Below, piece after piece: positions 39,771 to 48,767 of a DNA stretch of 64,000 nucleotides. The notes under the pieces are model-generated. The model was not told the origin of the DNA and ran no database searches. It worked only from the letters and a program-made list of their open reading frames with translations. The DNA lies in the IMG/VR virus record IMGVR_UViG_3300004369_000002, positions 40,840 through 104,839 of that record. The stretch is one strand, 5' to 3'. The position numbers were made by a program, and so were the translations under genes. This DNA comes from a virus. Each line of letters starts with the position of its first letter. The first letter of the stretch is position 1.

Positions 39771-39811
39771 CCATTCACTATGTGGATCTAACGATCGTTA
39801 GGCTAATCCCC

Positions 39812-40624
39812 ATGAAACAGGTGAATATCGAACAGCCAGCCTGGATGAAGGATCTTCATGAACGAATGCTCCCCTACCCCACCCCAGCCTCACTGGATGA
39901 ACTCTCATCCGAACCGTACACAGATCCTATATTTTCTGAGATCGATCTTTGGCTCCGAACCAGTGCAAGCCGGTTCGGAAGCGTATACGGATACGCCCAA
40001 GAACAAAATGGGGCCACAGTGCAAAACCTGTTCCCCATACAGAAGGACGCGACCGAGCAAATATCATCGTCATCAGCGGTAACGCTGGAGATGCACACGG
40101 AAACCGCATTTCATCGATACAAGCCCACAACGTTCCTTTTGTTGTGCGTCCGTGAGGACGTCAACGCAGGTACGAATATTGCAAAACTGGCCGATATTCT
40201 TCCGAAACTAGATTCGCAAACAAAAACAGCGCTCAAAAAATACGATTTCATCACCGAGATCGACGCCAGTTTCCGGTCCGGGGACTGTCCGCAACAGCCA
40301 ATGATGATGCAGGTTCTCAACGAATCCGAAACAGCGATCACTTATGATCGTGCATTAATGGTCGGCACGACACCCGAGGCAGAACGAGCATTAAGCGCTC
40401 TGTCTGACGCAATCGACGCAGTGACAACGACCATTTATCTAAACACAGGCGACCTGCTAATAACGGACAACAAACGGATTATCCACGGTCGAACGCCGTT
40501 CACTGCCCGGTTTGACGGAACGGATCGATGGTTGAAGCGTGTGATGGTGACCACGGAAAACATCCCTGGCGATCAGGTCGAATACCGCCAGGGACGTTAC
40601 CGCGTGGTGACAACACCGCTCTAA
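39812..40624 (+). CDS. TauD/clavaminate synthase-like (AsnO/VioC-type) Fe(II)/2OG dioxygenase
   Basis: QISSSS..LEMHTETAFH...LLCVR...DN.R..HGR..F.ARFDG.DRWLKR; real start is the ATG at 39812. Confidence 0.85.
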   Translation: MKQVNIEQPAWMKDLHERMLPYPTPASLDELSSEPYTDPIFSEIDLWLRTSASRFGSVYGYAQEQNGATVQNLFPIQKDATEQISSSSAVTLEMHTETAFHRYKPTTFLLLCVREDVNAGTNIAKLADILPKLDSQTKTALKKYDFITEIDASFRSGDCPQQPMMMQVLNESETAITYDRALMVGTTPEAERALSALSDAIDAVTTTIYLNTGDLLITDNKRIIHGRTPFTARFDGTDRWLKRVMVTTENIPGDQVEYRQGRYRVVTTPL

Positions 40625-42549
40625 CGAATCGGGCACGCTCCGGTAGCGCACTCGCTCGGATCAAGTTCTGTGCCTGACGCATCCAGCACCAACGGAACCG
40701 AGAAGTCAACCTTCGCAACCATCTTCTTGTACTCGTCCTCAGTGATTTCCTCGTAGGGCGGTAGGGGGAAGTTGTGATCCGAGTGAAGTAGGAACGAGAC
40801 GCTCTTCACGCTGTCGGTGTAGTTCTTGCTCAACCATTCTTTGATCTCGGACAGTTCTTCCTTGCGGTAATAGACGGTGACCGAGACGGCATTATCTGCC
40901 CAGTCTGTCTGCATCCGCTTTACCCATTCCAACTGTTCCACCGCAGTCATATCCTTAGCAAGAACAGCACCTTCCGGTGATTCTGCCGGGAACTCCACGA
41001 CATAGCGAGTGTGATCCTCTCGCCCATCAAGACCAACATCCCACTTCACTACATAGCCTCGCCGACGACATGCTTCTACAAGCGGATCCGCCGCACCGAA
41101 CCGAACACGTCGAATGTAGTGACGAGCATATGCCGGATGGATTCCTGGCGTGTTGCCGGGCAGAAGAGACAGCGTTCCCGAAGGTTGAACCGTCGTCAGG
41201 CGAACGCTCACAGGGAAATTGTGTTCAGCGGAGTACTCAACATCAACATCATGCAAGTACTCATAAACCGGCGACAGCCACGACAGTTTCGTCGAATCAC
41301 ACTGAAGGACACCGGTAATCGACTGTCCCAAACGGGCGTTCTTCTGAACGATCTTGTTGGTCTTGTCGTACGGATAGTTCATCCGAGTGATGTGCTTCTG
41401 GGTCATGTACAAAAGCCGGGAAATGTCCTTGAACTGCTCCAACGATTCAATATTGGGGAGAAACACCGTGGCAAGGTTGCAGGACTCGCCATCACCCAAG
41501 GCAATCTCGGCGCACGGGTTGTAGCCCTCAATTGTAGGGTCGGGTCGCTTGTCTCCGAGGCGTCCATACTGACGGGCCAACTTGCGGTTTACCAGACCGT
41601 AGGGTTCGCCCGTTCCGTCGTAGCCCTTCCAAACATCTGGCATGATCTCGTCCCACGCATCAGCGTAAACGCTGTTGTTACTGTTAGCGCGCCACGCTGG
41701 AATTGTTCCGGTCGACCAGTTCTTCGCTCGCAAGAACAACATGTCGTCCGGGTCGCCGATAGCGATCTGGGCTGAGCGTCGGGACGAACCAGAAACAACG
41801 ATTCGACCAATGATGTTGCATATATCCAACACGTCAACTGAACGCAATTTCTTGCCTGCTCGGTTGTCCATCACCTTACAGATGTCATTTATTCCATCGA
41901 TCAGGGCACCAGGGCCTGATGCCGTTCCACCGAACGACTTCAATGGGGCACCAAACTCGCGTACCAGGATCGTGGAATAAGTAAAGGACTTGCCGGTGTG
42001 GAAGTACGACTTGAGGACCGAGTGGAGCATCCGGCTCCACCCTTGACGGGAATCGGGGACAATGATGTCGGCGTCATTGCTTCGTTCGTGCGAAATCTTC
42101 ACGCCAGTCTTCACTTTGGGAAGTTCGTGAATCTTCGCTCGTTCAACTGAAAACCCGACGCCTCCGCCGAGCATCAGATGGTCAAAAAGAAACTCAAAGT
42201 CTTCCACTGTTTCGATGTTGACGAAATAACAGTTATTCAGCGATGCCGCGTTGAATTTCTTCACCAAGGGCGTACCCAACTGCCACAGGGCCCGCCCCGA
42301 GTACGAGCACCGCAAGTTGAACATGTGATCAAAGAGCCGTTCGGCTTCGTCCTGGGTGTAGGGAACGCCAATTTCAATTGCTCCATTAATTACCCGCTGA
42401 ATTGTTTCGGGCCACATTTCATTGCGCCCAAGATGCTCCAGCGGTCGGCTGTAGGTGCGGAGATAAACAATCTCGCCCAGACCACCAAACCCCCAAGGAG
42501 CCTGTTTTGAGGCGTACTTAGCCACGAAATCATCTGTTATAAAAGTCAC
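40621..42549 (-). CDS. nrdJ: Class II (B12-dependent, monomeric RTPR-like) ribonucleotide reductase
   Basis: RTYSR, SGRALW, SLNNC, GGGVG, RRSA, NPCAEI, TTVQPSGT and C-terminal CATGACPIR; GTG start after SD. Confidence 0.92.
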   Translation of the reverse strand: MTFITDDFVAKYASKQAPWGFGGLGEIVYLRTYSRPLEHLGRNEMWPETIQRVINGAIEIGVPYTQDEAERLFDHMFNLRCSYSGRALWQLGTPLVKKFNAASLNNCYFVNIETVEDFEFLFDHLMLGGGVGFSVERAKIHELPKVKTGVKISHERSNDADIIVPDSRQGWSRMLHSVLKSYFHTGKSFTYSTILVREFGAPLKSFGGTASGPGALIDGINDICKVMDNRAGKKLRSVDVLDICNIIGRIVVSGSSRRSAQIAIGDPDDMLFLRAKNWSTGTIPAWRANSNNSVYADAWDEIMPDVWKGYDGTGEPYGLVNRKLARQYGRLGDKRPDPTIEGYNPCAEIALGDGESCNLATVFLPNIESLEQFKDISRLLYMTQKHITRMNYPYDKTNKIVQKNARLGQSITGVLQCDSTKLSWLSPVYEYLHDVDVEYSAEHNFPVSVRLTTVQPSGTLSLLPGNTPGIHPAYARHYIRRVRFGAADPLVEACRRRGYVVKWDVGLDGREDHTRYVVEFPAESPEGAVLAKDMTAVEQLEWVKRMQTDWADNAVSVTVYYRKEELSEIKEWLSKNYTDSVKSVSFLLHSDHNFPLPPYEEITEDEYKKMVAKVDFSVPLVLDASGTELDPSECATGACPIR

Positions 42550-42562
42550 AGGTTGCCCCTTA

Positions 42563-42883
42563 TTAGTTATTTTTGGTAAAAATGCCCAATTCTTTAGCCT
42601 GAGCCAATGGGATATGCCGACCAGCACGAACGACAAGAACACGCGCTTTCGTGAAAGGAGTTATCTGGCGTTCCTCCCAAATATCCTCTTCAACAAGCAC
42701 GGTTTGACTGTCCTCCATGGACGGAACGTCACCCAAGCCCCAGACGTGATGCGGAGGACCGGAATCCCCCTTGCAATCCCCCGTTGGATGCCCACATACC
42801 GGACAAGGCTGACGATCGGCAAGCGACACAATAACCTCACCTAAACGGACTTGTCCGGGGGAAAGGCCAAAATTTGTGCTCAT
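42563..42883 (-). CDS. Hypothetical protein with CPVCGH...C motif
   Basis: Co-oriented upstream of nrdJ. Confidence 0.6.
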   Translation of the reverse strand: MSTNFGLSPGQVRLGEVIVSLADRQPCPVCGHPTGDCKGDSGPPHHVWGLGDVPSMEDSQTVLVEEDIWEERQITPFTKARVLVVRAGRHIPLAQAKELGIFTKNN

Positions 42884-42934
42884 CTGTCGATGGTACATCA
42901 ATTTGGGTGCGCCGACAGCAACTCCATAAAAGGA

Positions 42935-42958
42935 AAAAGGCCCCCGAAGGGGCCTTTT
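42935..42958. terminator. Bidirectional intrinsic terminator
   Basis: AAAAGGCCCC-CGAA-GGGGCCTTTT. Confidence 0.8.
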
Positions 42959-42977
42959 ACCAGGACTTTTGCGTTTG

Positions 42978-43232
42978 TCAGATGGCGTCCGAGTAACGCG
43001 GATCCTTGTTCTTGAGGTTTTGCAATTCCTGCTGGAAAGTCTCGTTGAATTCGTTCTCGTAGCGGTACTGGAGAACCAGGTAGGCGCGGCGACGAGCCTC
43101 GTTGCGAAGACGGTTCTTGGCGTTCTGCGCCTTCTTCCGCTCTTCCTTCTGCTCGGGCGTCAACACGCTGGGTCGGCCACGTCGGGCTCCGCCAAGACGC
43201 ATCTCCTGGATGCGCTCAAACTCCGTTGTCAT
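42978..43232 (-). CDS. Small basic DNA-binding protein with AT-hook
   Basis: RRGRP followed by a basic helix; SD AAGGAG. Confidence 0.65.
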   Translation of the reverse strand: MTTEFERIQEMRLGGARRGRPSVLTPEQKEERKKAQNAKNRLRNEARRRAYLVLQYRYENEFNETFQQELQNLKNKDPRYSDAI

Positions 43233-43380
43233 TATTGTCTCCTTGTTAGAGGTCAGTAACTGTGCCCGTAAAGGCAGAAGCGACTGTAGCGCCACACCTT
43301 GACCCAAAGCAACCTCACCTTTAAAAAAAAATCGCTGATGCATCCCCAGCAGACAGCATGTCGGATTTTATGATCGAACT

Positions 43381-43656
43381 ATGTCCGAAAACGAACGACA
43401 AAATGCTTACTCAATGTTGCAAGAAGCAATCGACTGCGCTAATGGAGGAAACGGCGAACGGGCCCGAACCCTCGCCCTAATTTCCATAGCGGCCTCACTC
43501 CTCGGTAACCAGAACAACCACTCCCACGCGCCGCACATCGACTCGGTCATCGCCGACCTCGCCGACACCTTCTTTAACGCTCCTGAAGAAACAACTTTTG
43601 CCAACCTTCAGTTAGCACTAAATAGCCGGAAAAATATTTCCGGAGGAAATGCTTGA
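43381..43656 (+). CDS. Hypothetical protein
   Basis: TATGAT -10 ends 6 nt before the ATG (leaderless). Confidence 0.6.
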   Translation: MSENERQNAYSMLQEAIDCANGGNGERARTLALISIAASLLGNQNNHSHAPHIDSVIADLADTFFNAPEETTFANLQLALNSRKNISGGNA

Positions 43657-43717
43657 CTCCCGTTTGCGAAACCGATACAAAGGACCATTCGTATTCCTAC
43701 GATGGACCGGAGGGGCA

Positions 43718-44077
43718 ATGACAGAAGTGTTTAACTGGGAAGAAGAATTCCGACCGTTGGATGATGACGCAGTTGATTCGTTGATGCATATCGCCCACGA
43801 ATTGCGTTCTTTTAAGGAAAACAAGTGGGTTTCGGACGAAGATCACGAAACATTTGAGATCGCCGCACATCAACTGGAACGGTTGACCGCAATGACCGTT
43901 GGTGGCTTCGCTTTGTACATACAATCGTTCGAACACGCTGAAGCGTTATCTGCTGAAGTCGAACGCTTGATGGAACTGTGCAATAAGGCCGACATCGATG
44001 AGTTTCAATCGTGGTCGATTGCGAACGAAGCATTCAAGGTGTTCAAGAAGGAACTGAACTTGAATGATGATGAATGA
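43718..44077 (+). CDS. Hypothetical acidic protein
   Basis: SD GGAGG before the ATG at 43718. Confidence 0.6.
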   Translation: MTEVFNWEEEFRPLDDDAVDSLMHIAHELRSFKENKWVSDEDHETFEIAAHQLERLTAMTVGGFALYIQSFEHAEALSAEVERLMELCNKADIDEFQSWSIANEAFKVFKKELNLNDDE

Positions 44078-44294
44078 TCTTTTCGAATCGGACATTGTGG
44101 ACGAACTCCATGATCTTTACGGCGTAAGCGGAGACCCACTGATCGGTCGCGCTGCTACCGAGTATGCGATTGTTCGCTCTATCAGCAAACAGTTGTATGA
44201 GTCGCTCCTTGACTTGTCATCACGTTGCGGTGTTGACGTGGAAAACAACGATGGGATCTTTTGGTTTGAGTACTTCTTCGGCAAAACGGTGTGA
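44064..44294 (+). CDS. Hypothetical protein
   Basis: Coupled ORF. Confidence 0.55.
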   Translation: MMMNDLFESDIVDELHDLYGVSGDPLIGRAATEYAIVRSISKQLYESLLDLSSRCGVDVENNDGIFWFEYFFGKTV

Positions 44295-44371
44295 GTGATT
44301 TTTAAATCTGCCTATAAAATGATCGCTACCACTGAATGTGGGGCTCGTATAAATGAAAGGAGGACGAGCAC

Positions 44372-44851
44372 ATGACACCCGAACAAATCACAGCAATCCA
44401 AACCAGAAACGAATCACAATTCAAAGAACTCATCGACGCCGAGTACAAGACCAACTTTCACAACGACCCAACCCGTCGTGAATACCACACAGAAGTTCAC
44501 CGCGCCAAATGGGTCCTCTTCATCAACCCAACCGAAGACTGGGGCAAAAGCCTCCGACGCAACGCCATCGCCAGAAGCATCATCGAAGAACTGACCGGAC
44601 AAGAAGTCGTTATAGAAAAAAAGGAACGACGAACCGACAAGTATCAAAAACTCATTGAATGGTGCAAAGAAAACCACCTTCGCCAATTCACAGCGCAAGA
44701 CCTCTGCGAAGTAGCGGATATCTCATACCCAACCGCACTCAAATTCACAAAAGATCGCCCAGACCTGGTCCACAAGATCAAAAAGGGTCTGTACGAAGCG
44801 CGTGACCCAGAAATCATGCGCAAAGAAGAAAAAGATCGTCAAAACAAATAA
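44372..44851 (+). CDS. Putative winged-HTH DNA-binding protein
   Basis: FTAQDLCEVADISYPTALKF...KIKKGLYE; SD AAAGGAGG. Confidence 0.6.
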   Translation: MTPEQITAIQTRNESQFKELIDAEYKTNFHNDPTRREYHTEVHRAKWVLFINPTEDWGKSLRRNAIARSIIEELTGQEVVIEKKERRTDKYQKLIEWCKENHLRQFTAQDLCEVADISYPTALKFTKDRPDLVHKIKKGLYEARDPEIMRKEEKDRQNK

Positions 44852-44868
44852 AACATAACGGAGGGGAC

Positions 44869-45222
44869 GTGACGACAAAACAAAAAATCGATATGGAATG
44901 GATCGAACAAGGTGCATGCCGAGATCAGCCCACTATCAATTTTTTTGCTGAAAACACATCTGCCAGGGGGCGCCTAGAGCAAAAAGCAGCAATATCGCTT
45001 TGCCAAAACTGCCCGGTTCTCTACTCGTGCCGAGAGTACGCACTGAAATACGAGCGATTCGGCGTTTGGGGCGGACTAACCGAAATCCAACGAACCAAAG
45101 AGCGTCGACGCCTCAAGATCAAACCCGAACTTGATCGCTTCAACATGCAAATGTTCCTACCCCGAGCAAACCGTCCAGACAACAAGGTGAAAGGAAACAT
45201 GGGTGAACGACATCAATTCTGA
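44869..45222 (+). CDS. whiB: WhiB-family Fe-S transcription factor
   Basis: W...GAC...FF...C..CPV...C..YAL....GVWGG.TE..R. Confidence 0.93.
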   Translation: MTTKQKIDMEWIEQGACRDQPTINFFAENTSARGRLEQKAAISLCQNCPVLYSCREYALKYERFGVWGGLTEIQRTKERRRLKIKPELDRFNMQMFLPRANRPDNKVKGNMGERHQF

Positions 45223-45919
45223 CAACCCCCGAACACACTCCACGTTCCGCTCCGGGCCATGGGGCTACGTGATTCTGGATGCCCGAATGGCTGACGACCT
45301 TTCCGTAGTAAACAGCGCTCGCGTTTCCTTCGATCGCCACTCGGACGATCTGGGACCCCGAGAACTCGGATTAATCGCATTCCTAATGCGTGAGCAACAC
45401 GGAACACCATTCGAACATAACTCGTTCCGCTTCATCGCCAAAACGCCGATTTTTGTTGCCCGGGAATGGTTCCGCCATCGCGTCGGCTGGTCGTACAACG
45501 AGTTCTCCGCCAGATATTCAGAGATGAAAGAAGAATGGTACGTGCCCGAACTGTCAGCGGTTCGCACCCAAGTCGGCAAACCTGGCTCGTATTCATTTGA
45601 ACCAATCGTCAGACCGCAGTCAGAGGAAATCCTTGAAACCATTGACGAAGCGCAGTCGCAGGCGTTTCGTACCTACTCTTGGCTACTATCGCAAGGATGC
45701 GCAAAAGAACTCGCCCGAACGGTATTGCCCGTTGGCATGTTCACGAAGTTTTACGCAACCTGCAACGCTCGGTCGCTCATGCATTTCGTTGCGCTTCGTA
45801 ACCACCCGAACGCCCAATACGAGATTCGCCAAGCAGCGAACGCAGTAGAAGAAATCTTCGCAGAAATCATGCCCCACACATACACGGCATTTTTGAACAA
45901 TGAGAGGACAGCACCATGA
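45203..45919 (+). CDS. thyX: Flavin-dependent thymidylate synthase
   Basis: ARVSF, HGTPFEH, REWFRHR..SYNEFSARY, ELARTVLP and AQYEIR. Confidence 0.95.
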   Translation: MNDINSDNPRTHSTFRSGPWGYVILDARMADDLSVVNSARVSFDRHSDDLGPRELGLIAFLMREQHGTPFEHNSFRFIAKTPIFVAREWFRHRVGWSYNEFSARYSEMKEEWYVPELSAVRTQVGKPGSYSFEPIVRPQSEEILETIDEAQSQAFRTYSWLLSQGCAKELARTVLPVGMFTKFYATCNARSLMHFVALRNHPNAQYEIRQAANAVEEIFAEIMPHTYTAFLNNERTAP

Positions 45920-46059
45920 GTGCCGACCGTAGCCGCACCTACGAAAAAAACGCTTTCACTCCACTGGAACTGATGAAAGCGCGAGGCGCAAGCGACGCTG
46001 AAATTCGTGCATATTTGAAAAAGCGCGAACAAGGCATTTGGAAGACGAAAGCCAAGTAA
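45916..46059 (+). CDS. 47-aa basic hypothetical protein (not in ORF track)
   Basis: MSADRSRTYEKNAFTPLELMKARG...; ATGA overlap with thyX; fills the gap to the primase. Confidence 0.55.
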   Translation: MSADRSRTYEKNAFTPLELMKARGASDAEIRAYLKKREQGIWKTKAK

Positions 46060-46062
46060 CGC

Positions 46063-47808
46063 GTGACTCAACAGCCCCAGTCCGAACAAGTAGCACGGTT
46101 CCTCGGGAGACTCCAAGGCGTTCGATCTAACGGCGCTGGATGGTCGGCCCGATGCCCTTGCCGGAACGACGACCAAAATCCTTCGCTGTCCATTGGCCAA
46201 GGAAACGATGGCCGTGTTCTCGTCACCTGTCATCGTGGAATACCATGTTCCGTCGATCAAATTTGCAGTTCGGTTGGAATAACGGTCACAGACCTTATGC
46301 CACCGCGTGACAAATCCGAATACACAGCGAATAAGTCTTCGACCACCAATTGGACGCACACATACGACTATCGCGACGAGAACGGAACGCTGATCTATCA
46401 AAAACAGCGTGGCATTCGTGACGGAAAAAAGACATTCCGAATACGCAGACCTGACGGTCAAGGTGGCTACGAGTACAACGCCAACGGCGTTCAGAAAATC
46501 CTTTACAACTTACCGATGGTTGTTCGCGCTGTCGCAGACAAAAACACGGTGTTCGTTGTCGAAGGAGAAAAAGATGCCGACACTCTGATTGAAGCCGGAT
46601 TCATCGCAACGACCGTTCCCTTTGGTGCAGGACCAGGAAAATGGATTCCCGAGTACACCGCACCTCTCGCCGGATCTGATGTCGTTGTTATCGCCGACAA
46701 AGACGACTCGGGCCGTGAGTTCGCCACGGAAATTCGTGACTGTCTTGTGGAAGCGGGATGCTCCGTCGAACTTTTGATTGCCCCAGGACCTGATAATGAC
46801 GGAATCAAGGACGTCACCGACCTGCTGACTGCCGGACGAAGCCTTACCGAACTTGTGCCGTTCGACGGCTCATACAAATCCGATCCTCTTGAAGAAAAAG
46901 TCGACGAGATCACCCCGATTCTCAGCAAAATCAGGGAAATTCTGGAACGTGACGACCTTGACAATCTCAACAAGGTCACTCGCGCCGAAATCGCCCTTAA
47001 TGGCCTCCTTCCACAAACGGGCGCTCGCCCGGAAGGTCGTCTCGTCAAGTGGGACGAATTTGTCAATGAGGACGATGACGATTCTTATGACTGGGTGATT
47101 CCGAACGTCCTGGAACGCCAAGAGCGACTTATGGTTGTCGCCAGCGAAGGTGTCGGCAAAACGTTCCTTGCCCGCCAGGTGGCACTCTTGTCAGCCGCCG
47201 GAATTCACCCATTCACCCTGGAAAGAATCAAACCGATTCGAACCCTGACGGTCGACCTAGAGAACCCTCCCCGGATTATTCGTCGAACATCACGAAACAT
47301 CCAGCGAACAGCCAACGAATACGGATTCTGTTCCCAGCCTGAGGCCCATCTGCTGATCAAACCCGATGGTTTGGACTTGATGAAAACAGGAGATCGGGCG
47401 TTCCTGGAAGAAGCGATCGAATCGACCAAGCCCGACATCTTGTTTTTGGGGCCCATCTACAAATCTTTCATTGACCCTGGGGGACGCACTAGCGAATCCA
47501 TCGCTATCGAAATAGCCAAATACTTTGATAGCCTCAGAACGTTCTACAACATGGCAATGTGGTTCGAACACCACGCACCCCTCGGAAACAGCATGTCCTC
47601 CCGAGACCTCCGCCCATTCGGATCCGCAGTTTGGTCACGATGGCCCGAATTTGGCCTCAGCCTCCAACCCGACCCCACAGCCACCGAAGGATACGTCTAC
47701 GAGGTCAAACATTTCCGAGGTGCCCGTGACAGACGCCAATTCCCAACTAAAATAAAACGAGGCACTCTTTTCCCGTTTGAAGTGCTGGAATTCGCCCGAA
47801 TGGACTAA
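46063..47808 (+). CDS. Primase-helicase (Zn finger + TOPRIM + RepA/AAA_25 helicase)
   Basis: ARCPCRND.NPSL...CH..C; VVEGEKDAD; DKDDSG; EGVGKT Walker A. Confidence 0.88.
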   Translation: MTQQPQSEQVARFLGRLQGVRSNGAGWSARCPCRNDDQNPSLSIGQGNDGRVLVTCHRGIPCSVDQICSSVGITVTDLMPPRDKSEYTANKSSTTNWTHTYDYRDENGTLIYQKQRGIRDGKKTFRIRRPDGQGGYEYNANGVQKILYNLPMVVRAVADKNTVFVVEGEKDADTLIEAGFIATTVPFGAGPGKWIPEYTAPLAGSDVVVIADKDDSGREFATEIRDCLVEAGCSVELLIAPGPDNDGIKDVTDLLTAGRSLTELVPFDGSYKSDPLEEKVDEITPILSKIREILERDDLDNLNKVTRAEIALNGLLPQTGARPEGRLVKWDEFVNEDDDDSYDWVIPNVLERQERLMVVASEGVGKTFLARQVALLSAAGIHPFTLERIKPIRTLTVDLENPPRIIRRTSRNIQRTANEYGFCSQPEAHLLIKPDGLDLMKTGDRAFLEEAIESTKPDILFLGPIYKSFIDPGGRTSESIAIEIAKYFDSLRTFYNMAMWFEHHAPLGNSMSSRDLRPFGSAVWSRWPEFGLSLQPDPTATEGYVYEVKHFRGARDRRQFPTKIKRGTLFPFEVLEFARMD

Positions 47809-47811
47809 CAA

Positions 47812-48459
47812 ATGAGCAATCAAAAAGGGCTCACACGAGAATTCTTAGCCGAACGCGACCTCCGTATTTTTAAAATGCGTCAGGCAGGCGTACCTCCGGC
47901 AGAAATCGGCCGCAGATTCTCAATGTCAACAGCGGCGGTCAATACCGCCATACGTCGGCAACTAGAAAAACTCAACCGAGAAGCACTCATGGCGTACCCG
48001 GAAGTTCTCCGCATGGAACTGGAACGCCTGGACGCACTACAGCAATCAATCTGGCCCCTCACCCAACACCGGAAAGTCAAAATGGACGACGGAAGCGAAG
48101 TCCAACTAGAACCCGACCTAAAAGCAATCCAACAGGTTCTCGCAATCATGGACCGCCGATCCCGCCTCCTCGGCATGGAACAAACAACAGTCAGCCTCCA
48201 GGTCGAACAGGTCGAACCACAACGAGCGGTGCTCGCAGGTGCCAACAACAACCAGGCCGCCGACGTCAACGCATTCAACCCCGAAACCGAAGCCCGTCAA
48301 CTCATGCAAATCATGCGCGACGCCGGAGTGCTCCCTCAAGAAGTCATCGACCAAATCCTGGCCGACAACGAACAAGCCGCACTACCACCAGGCACGCCCA
48401 ACGATCTACCAATAATCGACATCGAAGAGACAGAGGAAGTAGAAATCCGCTATGGATGA
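47812..48459 (+). CDS. Terminase small subunit-like HTH protein
   Basis: N-terminal HTH; ELERLDAL...W...D.KAI..VL.IMDRRSRLLG. Confidence 0.55.
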   Translation: MSNQKGLTREFLAERDLRIFKMRQAGVPPAEIGRRFSMSTAAVNTAIRRQLEKLNREALMAYPEVLRMELERLDALQQSIWPLTQHRKVKMDDGSEVQLEPDLKAIQQVLAIMDRRSRLLGMEQTTVSLQVEQVEPQRAVLAGANNNQAADVNAFNPETEARQLMQIMRDAGVLPQEVIDQILADNEQAALPPGTPNDLPIIDIEETEEVEIRYG

Positions 48460-48766
48460 CAAACAAGACAACATCGAAGCCGCAATGAACAAAGTTGCCG
48501 AGGACATAAAACCCACTCGCCCAGCCAACACAAACACCGCAGACGGCGAAACAACCAATAAACAAGTCCTCATCCGTGCCACCGAACTAGACCAGTCGCG
48601 ATGGAAAGCCGCAGCAGCCAAAAAAGACATTTCCATGAGCGAATTCATCAGAAATGCTTGTAACGCAGCCGCAGCCGAACTACTTGACTGCCAGCACCCA
48701 GAACACATGCGACGCACATACCCCTGGTCGGATACCTGTCTCAAATGCGGAACAAGGTTGAAGTGA
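48452..48766 (+). CDS. Ribbon-helix-helix protein with C-terminal Zn-binding motif
   Basis: QVLIRA...WKAAA...SMSEFIR; CQH...CLKCG. Confidence 0.65.
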   Translation: MDDKQDNIEAAMNKVAEDIKPTRPANTNTADGETTNKQVLIRATELDQSRWKAAAAKKDISMSEFIRNACNAAAAELLDCQHPEHMRRTYPWSDTCLKCGTRLK

Positions 48767-48767
48767 C

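Noticed and set aside
39455-39811. N-terminal extension of the TauD-like ORF, and similar extensions of ORFs 1336, 10299, 39066, 58401, 58645 and 61773
   Set aside because: They overlap upstream genes or promoters; downstream starts have a better SD or leaderless context
41011-41775. Long antisense ORFs (41011-41775, 45751-46461, 60510-61316, 62013-62702)
   Set aside because: Shadow frames opposite well-supported genes, without recognisable motifs
40621-42549. Intein or intron in nrdJ
   Set aside because: Continuous ~642-aa ORF with catalytic motifs at normal spacing; no intein or homing endonuclease motifs seen
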